Of a stretch of 64,000 nt of DNA, positions 52,053 through 63,641 are shown piece after piece. The stretch is taken from NCBI GenBank assembly GCA_963741945.1, contig CAVUKA010000001.1, forward strand, positions 352,001-416,000, given 5' to 3'. Under the pieces are notes generated by a model, which saw only the letters and a list, made by a program, of their open reading frames with translations, had not been told where the DNA came from and did not search any database. The position numbers and the translations under genes are program-made. This DNA is from an uncultured Gemmatimonadales bacterium. GTDB lineage: Bacteria; Gemmatimonadota; Gemmatimonadetes; Longimicrobiales; RSA9. Each line of letters begins with the position of its first letter. Within the stretch, counting starts at the first letter, position 1.

Positions 52053-52946
52053 ATTCGCCGCCGCACTGCCCCCGCACCGCCCATAGCCCGCGCCGCCCTG
52101 CCCGGACTCCTCCTGGCCCTGCTGCTCGCTCCTCCCCTCCGCGCGCAGGCGCCCGCGGCGCCGGCTCCTGCCGATCGCGGGCCGGAGTTCACGCCATGGG
52201 GCGTGGTCTCGTACTTCGCGCGGGCAACCGCCAGCGATACCTGGGCGGTGGCCCGTGCGCCGTTTCACATGGACCGGAACGACCTCATGCTCACGGGCGG
52301 GGTGGTGCTGGTGGGCGCGGCGCTGTTCGCCTACGACGAGCCGATCTGGGAGCACGTCCAGGCGCATGCGGACGACCCGCTGTACCGGGGCATGTACAAT
52401 GTGGCCGACGCCGTGGAGCCGTTCGGGCTGCAGGGCCGGATGAACAAGTACTACGCGGCGGGAACGCTCGCCGGCTACGTCGTGGATGGCGTCTGGCACG
52501 ACGCCACCATGCGCCACATTTTCGAGGAGCTGATGATCACGAACATCATCTCCACCGTGGGCCGGCGGGTGATCGGGAAGGCCGTGGGGCGGGAGCGGCC
52601 GGAGGTCGGCCAGGGCGCCTACGCGTTCCATTTCGGCGGCGGGCTTTCCTTCCCATCCGGGCACGTGGCCAACCTCGCCGCGCTCGCCACCGTGCTCGCC
52701 CACCACATCGACTGGTGGCCCGCCTCGGTCGTGCTGTCCGGCCTGGTCGGGACCATGATCGTTCATCGCGTGATCGAGTCCAACCACTGGGCCTCCGACT
52801 CCTGGATCGGCGCCTTCTGGGGCTACGGCATCGCGCGGGTGGTGATCGCCCGCCGCGAGGCCGATCACGTTCGCTTCTCCCCCGTGGTCCTGCAGCCGGG
52901 CGAAGGGGGCGTCGGCCTGGCCATCTCCGTTCCGACGCCGTTCTGA
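52053..52946 (+). CDS. PAP2-family phosphatase, exported; probable ATT start
   Basis: K..GRERP, SFPSGH, R...SNHWASD motifs; frame open back to TGA 52035 and encodes a signal peptide from ATT 52053. Confidence 0.8.
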   Translation: MRRRTAPAPPIARAALPGLLLALLLAPPLRAQAPAAPAPADRGPEFTPWGVVSYFARATASDTWAVARAPFHMDRNDLMLTGGVVLVGAALFAYDEPIWEHVQAHADDPLYRGMYNVADAVEPFGLQGRMNKYYAAGTLAGYVVDGVWHDATMRHIFEELMITNIISTVGRRVIGKAVGRERPEVGQGAYAFHFGGGLSFPSGHVANLAALATVLAHHIDWWPASVVLSGLVGTMIVHRVIESNHWASDSWIGAFWGYGIARVVIARREADHVRFSPVVLQPGEGGVGLAISVPTPF

Positions 52947-53009
52947 GTGGCGCTCCGGGGGACTCGCGCCTATCCTGATCGGCGTTCCCCCCAGACCCGG
53001 AGATCAGCC

Positions 53010-55967
53010 ATGCGGTTGCGCGGACGCACCCCACCGTCCCCCGCCCTTCTCGTCGTTGCACTCATCACCGCCGCCTGTGGTCACGCGGCTCCCCCCGCCT
53101 CGCCCGCACCCGCGGCCGGCGGCTTCGTGGTGGTCGGGGCGCGCGTGGTGGACGGTACCGGAGCGCCCGCGATGCTGTCCGCGGTACGGGTGCGCGGCGA
53201 CCGGATCACGGACATCGGTGAGCTGACGCCCGGACCGGGCGAGGTGGTGGTGGACGGGTCCGGCCTCGTGCTGGCTCCCGGCTTCATCGATACGCACAGC
53301 CACGCCAATGGCGCCCTGCGCCGGCTCCCCGACGCGCTGGGCGCGGTGAGCCAGGGGGTGACCACGGTCGTGGTGGGGCAGGACGGCAGCTCGCCCTACC
53401 CGCTGACGGACTTCTTCGATGACGTGGAGCGGACGGGCGTCGCAATCAACGTGGCCGCGTACACCGGCCATGGCACGCTCCGCGAGCAGGTCATGGACGA
53501 CGATTTTCGCCGACAGGCCTCGCCCGCGGAAGTGGACTCCATGCGCGTGTTGCTGCGCCGCGAGATGGCCGCCGGCGCACTGGGACTCTCCACCGGTCTC
53601 GAATACGACCCGGGGATCTACTCCAGCACCCGTGAGGTGGTGTCCCTCGCCCGCGAGGCCGGCGCGGCCGGGGGGCGCTACATCAGCCACATGCGGAGCG
53701 AGGATCGTCGCCTGTTCGAAGCCGTGGACGAGCTGATCCGGATCGGGCGTGAAGCGCACATCCCCGTGCAGGTCTCGCACATGAAGCTCGCCATGAAGTC
53801 ACTCTGGGGGCGGGCGGACGAGCTGCTGGCGCGGCTGGATTCGGCGCGCGCCGAGGGCGTGGATGTGACGGCCGACGTGTACCCGTACACGTACTGGCAG
53901 TCCACCATGACCGTGCTCTTCCCCGATCGCGATTTCACCGACCGTGACGCTGCCACATTCGCCCTGGACGAGCTCGTCCCGCCCGAAGGGATGCTGATCG
54001 CGCGCTATGAGCCTGAGCCCGCGTACGAGGGTCGGACGCTGGCCGACATCGCCGCATCCAGGAGCGAGGACCCGGTCACCACCTACATGGCGCTGATCGA
54101 GCGCGTCGAGCGCGAGCACGGCAGCGAGAGCATAATCGCCACCAGCATGGACGACCACGACGTCGCCCGCCTGCTACAGTGGCGCCACGCGAATGTCGGC
54201 TCCGATGGCGGGCTGGATGGAGCCCACCCCCGTGGCTTCGGCACGTTCACCCGTGTGCTGGGCCCCATGGTCCGAAACGGGACGCTCACGCTCGAAGAGG
54301 CCGTCCACAAGATGACCGGGCTCTCCGCGGAGCACGTCGGAATCGCGGACCGGGGCGTGATCCGGCCGGGGGCGGCGGCGGACCTGGTCCTCTTCGACCC
54401 GGCCACCATCCAGGACCGCGCCACGCCCGCGGACCCGCACGCCGTCAGCGGAGGCGTAACGCGGGTCTGGGTCGCCGGCCGCGAAGTCTACGCACAGGGT
54501 GCCACCACGGACGCCCGCCCCGGTCGTGTGATCCGGCGGCCGGGGAGCGCAGCGGCCGTCGGGACCGCGCCCGGCTCGGGCATGGCTGCGGCGGCGCCGG
54601 GAGCCGATCTCGGCGGGGCCGCGCGCCTCGGGGCCACCATCGACGCCATCTTCGCCGATTACGACTCCCCGCGGGCCCCGGGCTGCGCGGTGGGGTTGAT
54701 CGAGAACGGCGCCCTGGCGTTCGCCCGCGGCTACGGCATGGCCGATCTTGAGCACGGCATTCCCCTGTCGCCCCGGTCGGTCTTCCGGATCGGCTCCGTG
54801 TCGAAGCAGTTCACCGCGGCCGCCACCGTGCTGCTCGCCCAGGACGGCGAGCTCTCGCTGGACCACCCGCTGCGCGAGTACCTGCCCGAGCTGCCGGACT
54901 TCGGCCCGCGCTTCACGGTCCGGTCCCTCCTCAATCATACCAGCGGCGTACGGGACTATCTCACGCTCATGACCCTGGCGGGGTACCGCGAGCAGGACTG
55001 GTACTCGGACGCCAATGTCATGGCCATGCTCGCTCGCCAGAGCGCGCCCAACTTCGAGCCCGGCTCCGAGCACCTCTACAGCAACTCGGGCTATTTCCTC
55101 CTCTCGCAGCTGGTGAAGCGGGTCACGGGTGAGACGCTGGCGGAGTTCGCCCGCCGGCGGCTGTTCTCGCCGCTGGACATGCGGCACACCCGCTACCAGG
55201 ACGACCCCGCTTCCATCGTGCCCGACCGGGCCATCGGCTACGCCCCCGCGGACGAGGGGGGCTTCCGCATCAGCATGACCACACTGCCCATGGTGGGCGA
55301 CGGAGGGATCTTCACCTCCATCAGCGATCTCCTGGCGTGGGACCGCAACCTCGACGCGGGCGCGGCGGCGGGCGGGCCGTCGTTCGCAGCGGAAATGGTC
55401 CGCCGCGGCGTGCTCAGCTCCGGCGACACACTGGACTACGCCCTCGGGCTGGAGCACGGGAGCCAGCGCGGCCTTCACACCGTCTCCCACGGCGGCGCGT
55501 TCGTGGGCTTCCGCGCCGCATCGCTGCGCTACCCCGAAGAGGGCGTCGCCGTGTACACGCTCTGCAACCGCGCGGACGCCGACCCGATGGAGCGCAGCCT
55601 GCGCGTGGGCGAGGCGGCGCTCGCGGACCGCATGCGCCCGCCGGAGCCCCGGACGGCGGAGAGGAACGGCCGGAGCGGCGCCCTGGCCGCCGACACCATG
55701 GAGCTGCCGCTGGAGACCCTTGCAGCCTACGCCGGCGTCTACCACTCGGACGAGCTGGGCGCCGACTATCGCATCCGGGTGGCCCGCGGCGAGCTCATCC
55801 TCGAGGTCGGCAACGAGCTCGATGGCCCGCTCGCGGCCACCGCACCAGACGCGTTCCGGCGCGGCCCGCTGGTGCTCCGCTTCTTCCGGCAGCAGGACGC
55901 TCCCGCCGGGTTCGAAATGGACGCGGGGCGCGTGCGCGGGATCCGCTTCCGGCGCCTCGCACCGTAG
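53010..55967 (+). CDS. Lipoprotein fusion of N-acyl-D-amino-acid deacylase (amidohydrolase) and beta-lactamase-family serine hydrolase
   Basis: PGFIDTHSH, GLSTGLEY.PG, HPRGFGTF; then GSVSKQFT (SxxK), YSN, SHGG. Confidence 0.88.
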   Translation: MRLRGRTPPSPALLVVALITAACGHAAPPASPAPAAGGFVVVGARVVDGTGAPAMLSAVRVRGDRITDIGELTPGPGEVVVDGSGLVLAPGFIDTHSHANGALRRLPDALGAVSQGVTTVVVGQDGSSPYPLTDFFDDVERTGVAINVAAYTGHGTLREQVMDDDFRRQASPAEVDSMRVLLRREMAAGALGLSTGLEYDPGIYSSTREVVSLAREAGAAGGRYISHMRSEDRRLFEAVDELIRIGREAHIPVQVSHMKLAMKSLWGRADELLARLDSARAEGVDVTADVYPYTYWQSTMTVLFPDRDFTDRDAATFALDELVPPEGMLIARYEPEPAYEGRTLADIAASRSEDPVTTYMALIERVEREHGSESIIATSMDDHDVARLLQWRHANVGSDGGLDGAHPRGFGTFTRVLGPMVRNGTLTLEEAVHKMTGLSAEHVGIADRGVIRPGAAADLVLFDPATIQDRATPADPHAVSGGVTRVWVAGREVYAQGATTDARPGRVIRRPGSAAAVGTAPGSGMAAAAPGADLGGAARLGATIDAIFADYDSPRAPGCAVGLIENGALAFARGYGMADLEHGIPLSPRSVFRIGSVSKQFTAAATVLLAQDGELSLDHPLREYLPELPDFGPRFTVRSLLNHTSGVRDYLTLMTLAGYREQDWYSDANVMAMLARQSAPNFEPGSEHLYSNSGYFLLSQLVKRVTGETLAEFARRRLFSPLDMRHTRYQDDPASIVPDRAIGYAPADEGGFRISMTTLPMVGDGGIFTSISDLLAWDRNLDAGAAAGGPSFAAEMVRRGVLSSGDTLDYALGLEHGSQRGLHTVSHGGAFVGFRAASLRYPEEGVAVYTLCNRADADPMERSLRVGEAALADRMRPPEPRTAERNGRSGALAADTMELPLETLAAYAGVYHSDELGADYRIRVARGELILEVGNELDGPLAATAPDAFRRGPLVLRFFRQQDAPAGFEMDAGRVRGIRFRRLAP

Positions 55968-56005
55968 CGCGGGCGCCGGAAGCAGCCTTCTCCGGCCCCG
56001 CCGCG

Positions 56006-58441
56006 TCAGTCCACGAGCGCCCGCGCCGGGTCCACCGATGCCGCGCGGTGGGCTGGCGGGGCTACGGCCGCCAGCGAGACCAGCAGCAGGAGCACGGCCG
56101 TCGCCCCGTACGTGAGCGGGTCCACGGGCGAGAGACCGAAAAAGAGCGAGCGCACCACTACCGCGCCCGCCGCCGCGGCTGCACCCCCGACGCACAGACC
56201 CACCACCACAGGGCCGAGCGCCTGCCGCGCCACCATGCGCAGCACGGCGGCCCGGTCCGCGCCCAGCGCCACACGCACGCCGATCTCCCGCGTGCGGCGC
56301 GCCACGGAGTACGACACGACGCCATAGAGACCCGTGAGCGCCAGAACCAGCGCGATTCCGCCCAGGCCCGCCATGGCCCGGGCCAGGAGCGACCAGTTCA
56401 GCAGCTGGCGCCGACGCACCTGCGACGCCGTTTCCACCCGCTGCAGCGGGAGCGCGGGATCGAGCTGGCGCACCACGTCCCGAACCGCGCGCACGGCCGA
56501 CTCCGGGCTGCCTCCCGCGCGGACATAGAGCGTGGCCGCGGAAGACGTCCGACCATCGAACGGCAGATACAGCACCGGGGCCGGCGCATCCTGAAGCCGG
56601 GGCCGCACATCCTCCACCACCGCCGTCACGCGAATGGTGCGCTCCACCGCGCCCTCTCGCACGCGGAGCGTTTGGCCCAGCGGAGCCCCACCCGGGAAAT
56701 AGCGGTCGGCGGCGGTCCGGCTCAATGCCACCGCGTCGCCGCGCCAGGCGCCGGGCTGGGCGCCGACGCTGCCCGACAGGACGGGCACACCCGCGGCGCC
56801 GAACCAGCGGGCTCCCACGTGGGCAACGGACACCGGCGCGGCGCGCTCCATCTCCCCGCCGCCAGCCGATGCGCGCGCGGACGGGAATCCTTCCAGGAGC
56901 GGAAGCTCCGAGAAGCCCGCCTCACGCACATCCGGCAGGCTGCGCGTGGCGGCCAGCAGGTCGGTAAGGAGAGCGCGGCTGCGGCCGGCGTCGTAGCCCA
57001 GGACGGAGGGGTCCAGCGTGAACAGGACCAGTCCGTCCTCGTCCACACCGCTGGCCAGGGACATGCCCCTCCCCACGCTGCGGACGAACAGCCCTGATCC
57101 GACCAGCAGGAGCACGGAGACGGCCACCTGCACGGCCACCAGACCGTTCCGGAGCCGGACCGCGTCCACTCCATCCGTGCTCCGGCCCGCCGCCGCCAGC
57201 GCCCCGGCGGCACCGGCGCGCGCGGCCCGGAGCGCCGGGACCGCGCCCGCCAGAAGGCCCACCCCCACGGCTGCGGCGAGCGCGAACCCGAACACGCGAT
57301 AGTCCAGTGGAACGTCCGACACCAGGCGGATGGAGAAAGCCGCCGCCAGCTGGCGTGACCAGAACGCCATGATCAGCCCCAGCGCCCCCGCCGCCAGCGC
57401 CATCAGCACGCTCTCCAGCAGAACCCGCCGCCGCAGCATGGACGCGCGCGCTCCCAGGGCCGCGCGCACCGCCATCTCCCGCGTTCGATCGGCCGTTCGC
57501 GCCAGCATCGCGCTCGCCGCGTTCGCCGCCGCCATGATCAGCACCAGGAGCGGCACGATGAGGAACGCGGCGATCGTCACCGCCGGCCGCCAGTCGCCTG
57601 CGCCCGGGCCGAAGACGAGATCGCCACGGAAGAGCCTGGCTCCGCGCCTCGCCTCGGGTGAGCCGCGCTCCAGCGCCGCCGCCAACACCGGCAGCGCCGC
57701 ACCGAGTCGCTCCCGCGTCACACCCGGCGCCAGCCTGGCCGCCACCCTCAGCCAGCGGGCCTCCCCCACGGCTTCCCCGCCCCGAGCCCAGCTCGGGCGC
57801 GCCCACGCGGCCGTACCCATGGGCAGCCACACGGACGGGCTGCCACGCTCCCCTTCCAGGACATCCCCGGGCGTCATGCCCGTGAACGCCTCGGGCGCAA
57901 CACCCACCACGCTCACAGCCCGACCGTTCACCCGGATGAGCCGCCCCACGGCGGCCTCCCCACCCAGCTGCTCCTGCCAGAACCGCCACGACACCACCGC
58001 CGTGGCCGCCCCGGGCTCGCCCTCCTCGGATACGAAGAATCGACCGGCCGCCGGCCGCGTGCCCAGCGTTTCGAAGTAGTTCGGTACCACCACTTCGGCC
58101 GTCGCCACGAACGGGTCCCCCGACGTCTCCACCGAGACCTCCGTCGGGCCCGCCGCCGTCACGGACGCGAACAGGTCGCCCCGATCCCCGACCACCGCCA
58201 CGTCGGACAGGCCGAACAACCCCGGAAACGACCCGCCTTCCAGCGCCATCCCCAGCGAGACCACTCGGTCCTGCTCAACCACTCCCACCAGGTCCCGCAG
58301 CGCCATGGCGTTCAGCACACTGAACACCGTGGTGACCACCCCGCTCGCCACCGCAAGTGACAGCACCGCCGTGGCCGTCAGCCCCGGTGTCTTCCTGAGC
58401 GATCGTGCCGCCTGCCCCAGCTCCCTCCGCCATTCGATCAT
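56006..58441 (-). CDS. Duplicated MacB/FtsX-type ABC permease (ADOP-like)
   Basis: RSLRK.PG, REMAVRAALGA, LYGVVSYSV.RRTREIGVRVALGA, PA.RAASVDP. Confidence 0.88.
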   Translation of the reverse strand: MIEWRRELGQAARSLRKTPGLTATAVLSLAVASGVVTTVFSVLNAMALRDLVGVVEQDRVVSLGMALEGGSFPGLFGLSDVAVVGDRGDLFASVTAAGPTEVSVETSGDPFVATAEVVVPNYFETLGTRPAAGRFFVSEEGEPGAATAVVSWRFWQEQLGGEAAVGRLIRVNGRAVSVVGVAPEAFTGMTPGDVLEGERGSPSVWLPMGTAAWARPSWARGGEAVGEARWLRVAARLAPGVTRERLGAALPVLAAALERGSPEARRGARLFRGDLVFGPGAGDWRPAVTIAAFLIVPLLVLIMAAANAASAMLARTADRTREMAVRAALGARASMLRRRVLLESVLMALAAGALGLIMAFWSRQLAAAFSIRLVSDVPLDYRVFGFALAAAVGVGLLAGAVPALRAARAGAAGALAAAGRSTDGVDAVRLRNGLVAVQVAVSVLLLVGSGLFVRSVGRGMSLASGVDEDGLVLFTLDPSVLGYDAGRSRALLTDLLAATRSLPDVREAGFSELPLLEGFPSARASAGGGEMERAAPVSVAHVGARWFGAAGVPVLSGSVGAQPGAWRGDAVALSRTAADRYFPGGAPLGQTLRVREGAVERTIRVTAVVEDVRPRLQDAPAPVLYLPFDGRTSSAATLYVRAGGSPESAVRAVRDVVRQLDPALPLQRVETASQVRRRQLLNWSLLARAMAGLGGIALVLALTGLYGVVSYSVARRTREIGVRVALGADRAAVLRMVARQALGPVVVGLCVGGAAAAAGAVVVRSLFFGLSPVDPLTYGATAVLLLLVSLAAVAPPAHRAASVDPARALVD

Positions 58442-58648
58442 CGGAGCCTGTCCGCCGCGCAAGTGATGTTCACCCCCCGCGCCCTACGGCGGCCGGGCGC
58501 CCCTGGTTTCGCCCGTGCCTCATCCTTTTCCGTCATGAAACATCCTCACCTCACGCACGTACCGTTGTCCATGGCGTGATGATGTCGTAGAGTCCCGTCA
58601 TCCCCGCCGGAGCCCGGCTTCGGCGCCCATCGAACGGAAAAGTGAACC

Positions 58649-60214
58649 ATGATGAAGAACCGGATGGCCGGTCCCACGCGAAGGACCGGACTGCTGCTGC
58701 TCATTCCCGCGCTCGGCGCGTGCGCCGGCGGGAGCACCCCCGAAGCGCCAGGGCCGGAGGCGGTGTCCCCTGAAGCCGCGATGCACCAGGCGGTGACGAC
58801 GATCACGGCGGCCGACATGGGCGCGCGGATCGGGGCGCTGGCGGACGACTCCATGCGAGGCCGGGACACGCCGAGTCCTGAGCTGGAGAAGGCGGCCGTG
58901 TACCTGTCGAACGAATTCCGCTCGCTCGGGCTGAAGCCCGCGGGTGATGACGGGACGTACATCCAGCGGTACGACTACAAGGTGTCCAAGCTCGAGCCGG
59001 CGGCGACGTCGGTGTCGGTGCAGGGAGGCGCATCCAGCGGCCTGGAATACGGGAAGGACTACTTCCTGGTCCCATCTCCGCAGGCGGCGCGGGAAGGGAG
59101 CCCCTACTACGCTGGCGTGGCAGGAGCGGGCGTGCAGATACCTGCGGAAGCCCGCGGCGGGATCATCGTCTTCGACCACCCGGTGGCGGAGCTCGGGCAG
59201 GCATGGCAGCAGAAGCTGATGTCCGCGCTCCAGGCCACGATGACGTCGGGGGCGGCGGGCATGATCGCCATCCTGGACCCGGCGTTCCAGGCGGACCAGG
59301 TGGCCATGCTGGCTTCCATGACGGCGCAGCAGCGAGCGCCGTTCCCGATCGTGGGGATCACGGAAGAGGCGGCCCGAAGGCTGTTTGCCGCGGCGGGTGT
59401 CGATATCGATGCCGTCCGGACGGCCGGCGTGCCTGCGGCCATGGGAAACGCGGTCCTCGAGATCCGGTCGGCGCAGAGCGAGACCACGCACCGGCCGCCG
59501 AATGTGGTGGCGGTGCTGCCCGGCTCGGATCCGGCGCTGGCGGGGACGTACGTGGTGATCTCCGCCCATTTCGACCATGTGGGCGTGGGCTCGCCGAACG
59601 AGGCGGGAGACTCCATCTACAACGGGGCGGATGACGACGCTTCCGGGACGGCCGCGGTCCTGGAGATCGCGGAAGCGTTCGCGTCTCTGCCGAAGGCGCC
59701 CGCCCGCTCGGTGCTGTTCCTGGCGGTGAGCGGGGAGGAGAAGGGGCTGCTCGGGTCGATGGCGTTCGCCAAGAACCCGACGGTCCCCATGGATTCCGTG
59801 GTGGCCGACGTCAACATGGACATGATCGGCCGGAATGCCCGGGACACGGTGATCGGTATCGGCCAGGAGTACTCCTCGCTGGCCGACGTGCTGGCCGAGA
59901 TCACCGGCCATCACCCGGAGCTGGGGCTGAACGTGATCCTGGATCCGAAGCCGGAGGAGATGTTCTTCTTCCGGAGTGATCAGCTGGCGTTCATCAAGGA
60001 GGGCGTGCCGGCGGTGTTCTTCACCACGGGCGAGCACCCCGACTACCACAAGCCGAGCGACGATCCGGCCTCCATCGACAACGACAAGGCCGCTCGCGTG
60101 ACCCGGCTCGGCTTCCTGCTGGCCGCCCACATCGCCCAGGACCCGGAGCGCCCGGCGTGGACGCCGGAAGGGAAGCAGAAGGTGGACGAGATGCTGGCCC
60201 GCTCGCCCTTCTGA
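58649..60214 (+). CDS. M28-family aminopeptidase (lipoprotein)
   Basis: SAHFDH.G, NGADDDASG, GEEKGLLGS, NMDMIGR, DYHKPSD. Confidence 0.9.
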   Translation: MMKNRMAGPTRRTGLLLLIPALGACAGGSTPEAPGPEAVSPEAAMHQAVTTITAADMGARIGALADDSMRGRDTPSPELEKAAVYLSNEFRSLGLKPAGDDGTYIQRYDYKVSKLEPAATSVSVQGGASSGLEYGKDYFLVPSPQAAREGSPYYAGVAGAGVQIPAEARGGIIVFDHPVAELGQAWQQKLMSALQATMTSGAAGMIAILDPAFQADQVAMLASMTAQQRAPFPIVGITEEAARRLFAAAGVDIDAVRTAGVPAAMGNAVLEIRSAQSETTHRPPNVVAVLPGSDPALAGTYVVISAHFDHVGVGSPNEAGDSIYNGADDDASGTAAVLEIAEAFASLPKAPARSVLFLAVSGEEKGLLGSMAFAKNPTVPMDSVVADVNMDMIGRNARDTVIGIGQEYSSLADVLAEITGHHPELGLNVILDPKPEEMFFFRSDQLAFIKEGVPAVFFTTGEHPDYHKPSDDPASIDNDKAARVTRLGFLLAAHIAQDPERPAWTPEGKQKVDEMLARSPF

Positions 60215-60335
60215 GCCCCGCACCGCCCGCGCGATGGAATGGAGGCCCCGGCGAGCATGCTCGCCGGGGCCTTCGGCTGCCCGCACGGACGCCGCGGTAC
60301 CGGGGTGGCCCGCGGGAAATCAATTCGCGCGGGGT

Positions 60336-62405
60336 TTATCCCACCTCGTACATGGCCGCGCGCTCGCCGTACGTGCGCTCCAGCGTTTCGCGCAGCAATG
60401 GGTTGCGCCGCAGCTCCGGATCCGCGGCCACGCTGCCGCGGGCATCTTCCCTGGCCCGCACCAGCAGGTCCTCGTCTCGCTCGATGTCGAAGAAGTGGAA
60501 GTCGGGGAGCCCGTGCTGGCGGGCGCCGAACAGGTCGCCCATGCCGCGCAGCCGGAGGTCCGCCCGTGCGATCTCGAACCCGTCGTCGCTCCGCTCCAGG
60601 ATGCGGAGCCGCTCCATGGTCTCGGGACTGCCGGACCCCATGAGGACGCAGTAGGACTGGCTCGCATCGCGCCCCACGCGGCCACGGAGCTGATGGAGCT
60701 GGCTGAGGCCGAACCGCTCCGCGTGCTCGACCACCATCACCGTGGCGTTGGGGACATCGATCCCCACTTCCACCACCGTGGTGGCGACCAGGACATGGAT
60801 TTCGCCGGCCAGGAACCGCCGCATCATGGCGTCCTTCTCGTCCGCTTTCATCTGGCCGTGCAACAGCCCGACGGAAAGGTCCGGGAACACTTCCGCGCTC
60901 AGCCGCTCGTACTCGGCCGTGGCGGCCTTGAGATCGATCTTCTCCGACTCCTCCACCAGGGGATAGACCACGTACGCCTGGCGGCCGGCTTCGACCTGCT
61001 CCCGTATGAACTCCATCACGTTCGCGCGCGCCGATTCGGGGCGCAGCGCCGTGCGGATCGGACGGCGCCCCGCCGGCTTCTCATCCAGGAGGCTCACGTC
61101 CAGGTCGCCGTAGAGCGTGAGCGCCAGGCTGCGCGGGATCGGCGTGGCGGACATGACCAGGACGTCCGGGTCCTGTCCCTGCTCCGCCAGCGCTTTCCGC
61201 TGGCGCACGCCGAACCGATGCTGTTCGTCCACCACCACGAGCCCGAGGCGGCGGAACCTCGCACCCTCCTGGATCAGGGCGTGGGTCCCGACAACCAGGG
61301 CCGCGCGGCCGCTCTCCATCCCCTGCAGCGCGTGCTGCCGGGCCTTCCCCTTCACGGACCCCGTGAGCAGCACGACGTCGACCCCGAGCGATGTGGTCAG
61401 CGCCCGCAGCGTGGAATGGTGCTGCTCGGCCAGCAGCTCGGTGGGTGCCATGAGCGCGGCCTGGTGCTCTGACTCCGCGGCCAGGAGCATGGCGAACAGG
61501 GCGACGACGGTCTTCCCCGCCCCGACGTCGCCCTGGAGCATCCGGTTCATGCGACGCGGCGCGGTCATGTCGCCCAGGATCTCGCGGATGGCGCGCTTCT
61601 GGGCCTCCGTCAGCTGGAACGGCAGGTGGTCGTACAGCGGGCGGATCAAGCGGTCCGTGCGCGCGAAGGCGATGCCGGGGCGCTCGCGGGTGGCCGCGTG
61701 GTGGGAGCGGGCGTGCAGGAGCTGGAGGAAGAACAGCTCCTCGTAGGCCATGCGTCGGCGCGCCCGCTCGGCCGCGTCGAGGGACGCGGGGCGGTGCAGC
61801 GTGACGAGGGCCGTGGCCAGGCCGGGGAGGCCGCGCTCCTTCAGCCAGCGGGCATCGAACGGGTCCTCCAGCGCGGGGAGCAGGCGGTCCAGGTTCGCGT
61901 CGATGATGTTGCGCAGCATGCGCTGCGACAGCCCCTCCGTACTCGGGTAGATCGGGAGCACGCGTCCCCCTTCGGGCGTGTCTTCGCGATCCAGTGTGAC
62001 GTACTCGCGCGGCTGCATCTGGCGGCCGTGGAAGAACCGCACGGGGCCGGTGACCAGCAGGCGGTCGCCCTTGTGGATGCTGCGGTCGAGGAACGGCTGA
62101 CCCGGCCAGGAGCATTCGATCAGGCCGGACGGATCCCGGAGCACGGCCTGGAAGATTCGCAGTCCCTTCCGCGTGGGGAGCACGCCCTTGCTCACCACTT
62201 CCCCGATCACCGTGGCGTCCATCCCCACTTCCAGCGACCCGATGGACGCCACGGTGCTGGCGTCCTCATAGCGCCGGGGGACGTGGTAGAGCAGGTCGCG
62301 GGCCGTGCGAATGCCGAGGCGGTCCAGCTGCTCCGCGCGGCGGGGGCCGACGCCCTTGAGGTATTGCGCCGGCCGATCCAGCATGAATGCGTTCGCAGTG
62401 GTCAC
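60336..62405 (-). CDS. recG: ATP-dependent DNA helicase RecG
   Basis: [37 protein letters not shown]. Confidence 0.97.
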   Translation of the reverse strand: MTTANAFMLDRPAQYLKGVGPRRAEQLDRLGIRTARDLLYHVPRRYEDASTVASIGSLEVGMDATVIGEVVSKGVLPTRKGLRIFQAVLRDPSGLIECSWPGQPFLDRSIHKGDRLLVTGPVRFFHGRQMQPREYVTLDREDTPEGGRVLPIYPSTEGLSQRMLRNIIDANLDRLLPALEDPFDARWLKERGLPGLATALVTLHRPASLDAAERARRRMAYEELFFLQLLHARSHHAATRERPGIAFARTDRLIRPLYDHLPFQLTEAQKRAIREILGDMTAPRRMNRMLQGDVGAGKTVVALFAMLLAAESEHQAALMAPTELLAEQHHSTLRALTTSLGVDVVLLTGSVKGKARQHALQGMESGRAALVVGTHALIQEGARFRRLGLVVVDEQHRFGVRQRKALAEQGQDPDVLVMSATPIPRSLALTLYGDLDVSLLDEKPAGRRPIRTALRPESARANVMEFIREQVEAGRQAYVVYPLVEESEKIDLKAATAEYERLSAEVFPDLSVGLLHGQMKADEKDAMMRRFLAGEIHVLVATTVVEVGIDVPNATVMVVEHAERFGLSQLHQLRGRVGRDASQSYCVLMGSGSPETMERLRILERSDDGFEIARADLRLRGMGDLFGARQHGLPDFHFFDIERDEDLLVRAREDARGSVAADPELRRNPLLRETLERTYGERAAMYEVG

Positions 62406-62460
62406 GGTGCCCCGGTGTCTCTGTGGGCCGGCGAGTCCGGCGTGGCGGACGGAGGGCCTC

Positions 62461-63396
62461 CTACGTTTCCAGCACCTGCCGGCTGAACGCCCGGGGATCG
62501 AAGGACTCCAGGTCGCCTGCGTCCTCCCCCGTTCCCACGAGCTTCACCGGGAGGTCGAACTGCTCCTTCAGCGCCACGACCACCCCGCCCTTGGCCGTGC
62601 TGTCCAGCTTCGCCAGGATCAATCCGCTTAGCTCGAGCGAGCGGCTGAACTCCTCCGCCTGGCGGATCGCGTTCTGCCCCACAGTGGCATCGAGCACCAG
62701 CAGCGTCTCGTGCGGCGCGCCCTCCACCTTCCGGGCCAGCACGCGCCCGACCTTCGACAGCTCCTGCATCAGGTCTCCCTGTGTGTGCAGCCGCCCGGCC
62801 GTATCCACGATGACCGTGTCGCAGCCCCGGCTGCGGGCGGCGTCCACGGCGTCGAAGGCCACCGAGGCGGGATCCGCGCCCGGCCGTGCCCCGACGAACT
62901 CGGAGCCGGTGCGCTCCGCCCAGATCCGGAGCTGGTCGATCGCCCCCGCGCGGAACGTGTCCCCGGCGGCGAGCAGCACCCGGCGCCGGTCCCGCGCCAG
63001 GCGCTGGGCGAGCTTCCCGATGCTCGTGGTCTTGCCCACGCCGTTCACACCCACCACCAGCACCACCGCCAGCTCACCCGCGGCCGGGAGCCGCAGCGAG
63101 CGGTCCGTCTGGCCGGAGTCCAGGATCCGCTGGATCTCCGCTTCCACCGCGTGCCGGAACTCGGCCTCCGTTGTCACCTTTCCAGTGCGCGTCAGGTCCT
63201 CGACGTGGTCCACCAGCCGCACCGTGGCCTTCACCCCGAAATCGCTCGCCAGCAGAAGGTCTTCCAGTCGCTCCAGTGCGTCGTGATCCAGCCCGCCGCG
63301 CATCACCACGCCCACATCTGTCAGCGCGATCTCCTTCACGCGCTGCCACAGCGACTTCTTCTCTTCACCCGTTCTGAACAACCTGGACTTCGCCAC
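62461..63396 (-). CDS. ftsY: SRP receptor FtsY
   Basis: [34 protein letters not shown] start after GGGGAGG. Confidence 0.95.
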   Translation of the reverse strand: MAKSRLFRTGEEKKSLWQRVKEIALTDVGVVMRGGLDHDALERLEDLLLASDFGVKATVRLVDHVEDLTRTGKVTTEAEFRHAVEAEIQRILDSGQTDRSLRLPAAGELAVVLVVGVNGVGKTTSIGKLAQRLARDRRRVLLAAGDTFRAGAIDQLRIWAERTGSEFVGARPGADPASVAFDAVDAARSRGCDTVIVDTAGRLHTQGDLMQELSKVGRVLARKVEGAPHETLLVLDATVGQNAIRQAEEFSRSLELSGLILAKLDSTAKGGVVVALKEQFDLPVKLVGTGEDAGDLESFDPRAFSRQVLET

Positions 63397-63641
63397 GTAC
63401 CTCCCCTTCGGTTCTCCCCATCTCCATGTCCGTGCAGGCCCCAGCGCCAATGCAGCACCCGCTCTGCACTCGACAGCATGACCGGCGCCACGCACGGCCG
63501 CGGCTGCGCGTGCACCCCTGGGAAGGCGTACAGCATCCAGGCCGTGCGGTCCAGGGCCATCCGGGACGGGAACGTGCGAGCGAGCGACGCCGCACGCCAG
63601 GGGGCGTCGTCGGAGCTGCGAGGAGTGAACGGCCGGGAAGC

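Noticed and set aside
63397-63641. SRP RNA or other ncRNA upstream of ftsY
   Set aside because: The conserved SRP domain IV motif was not found on either strand.
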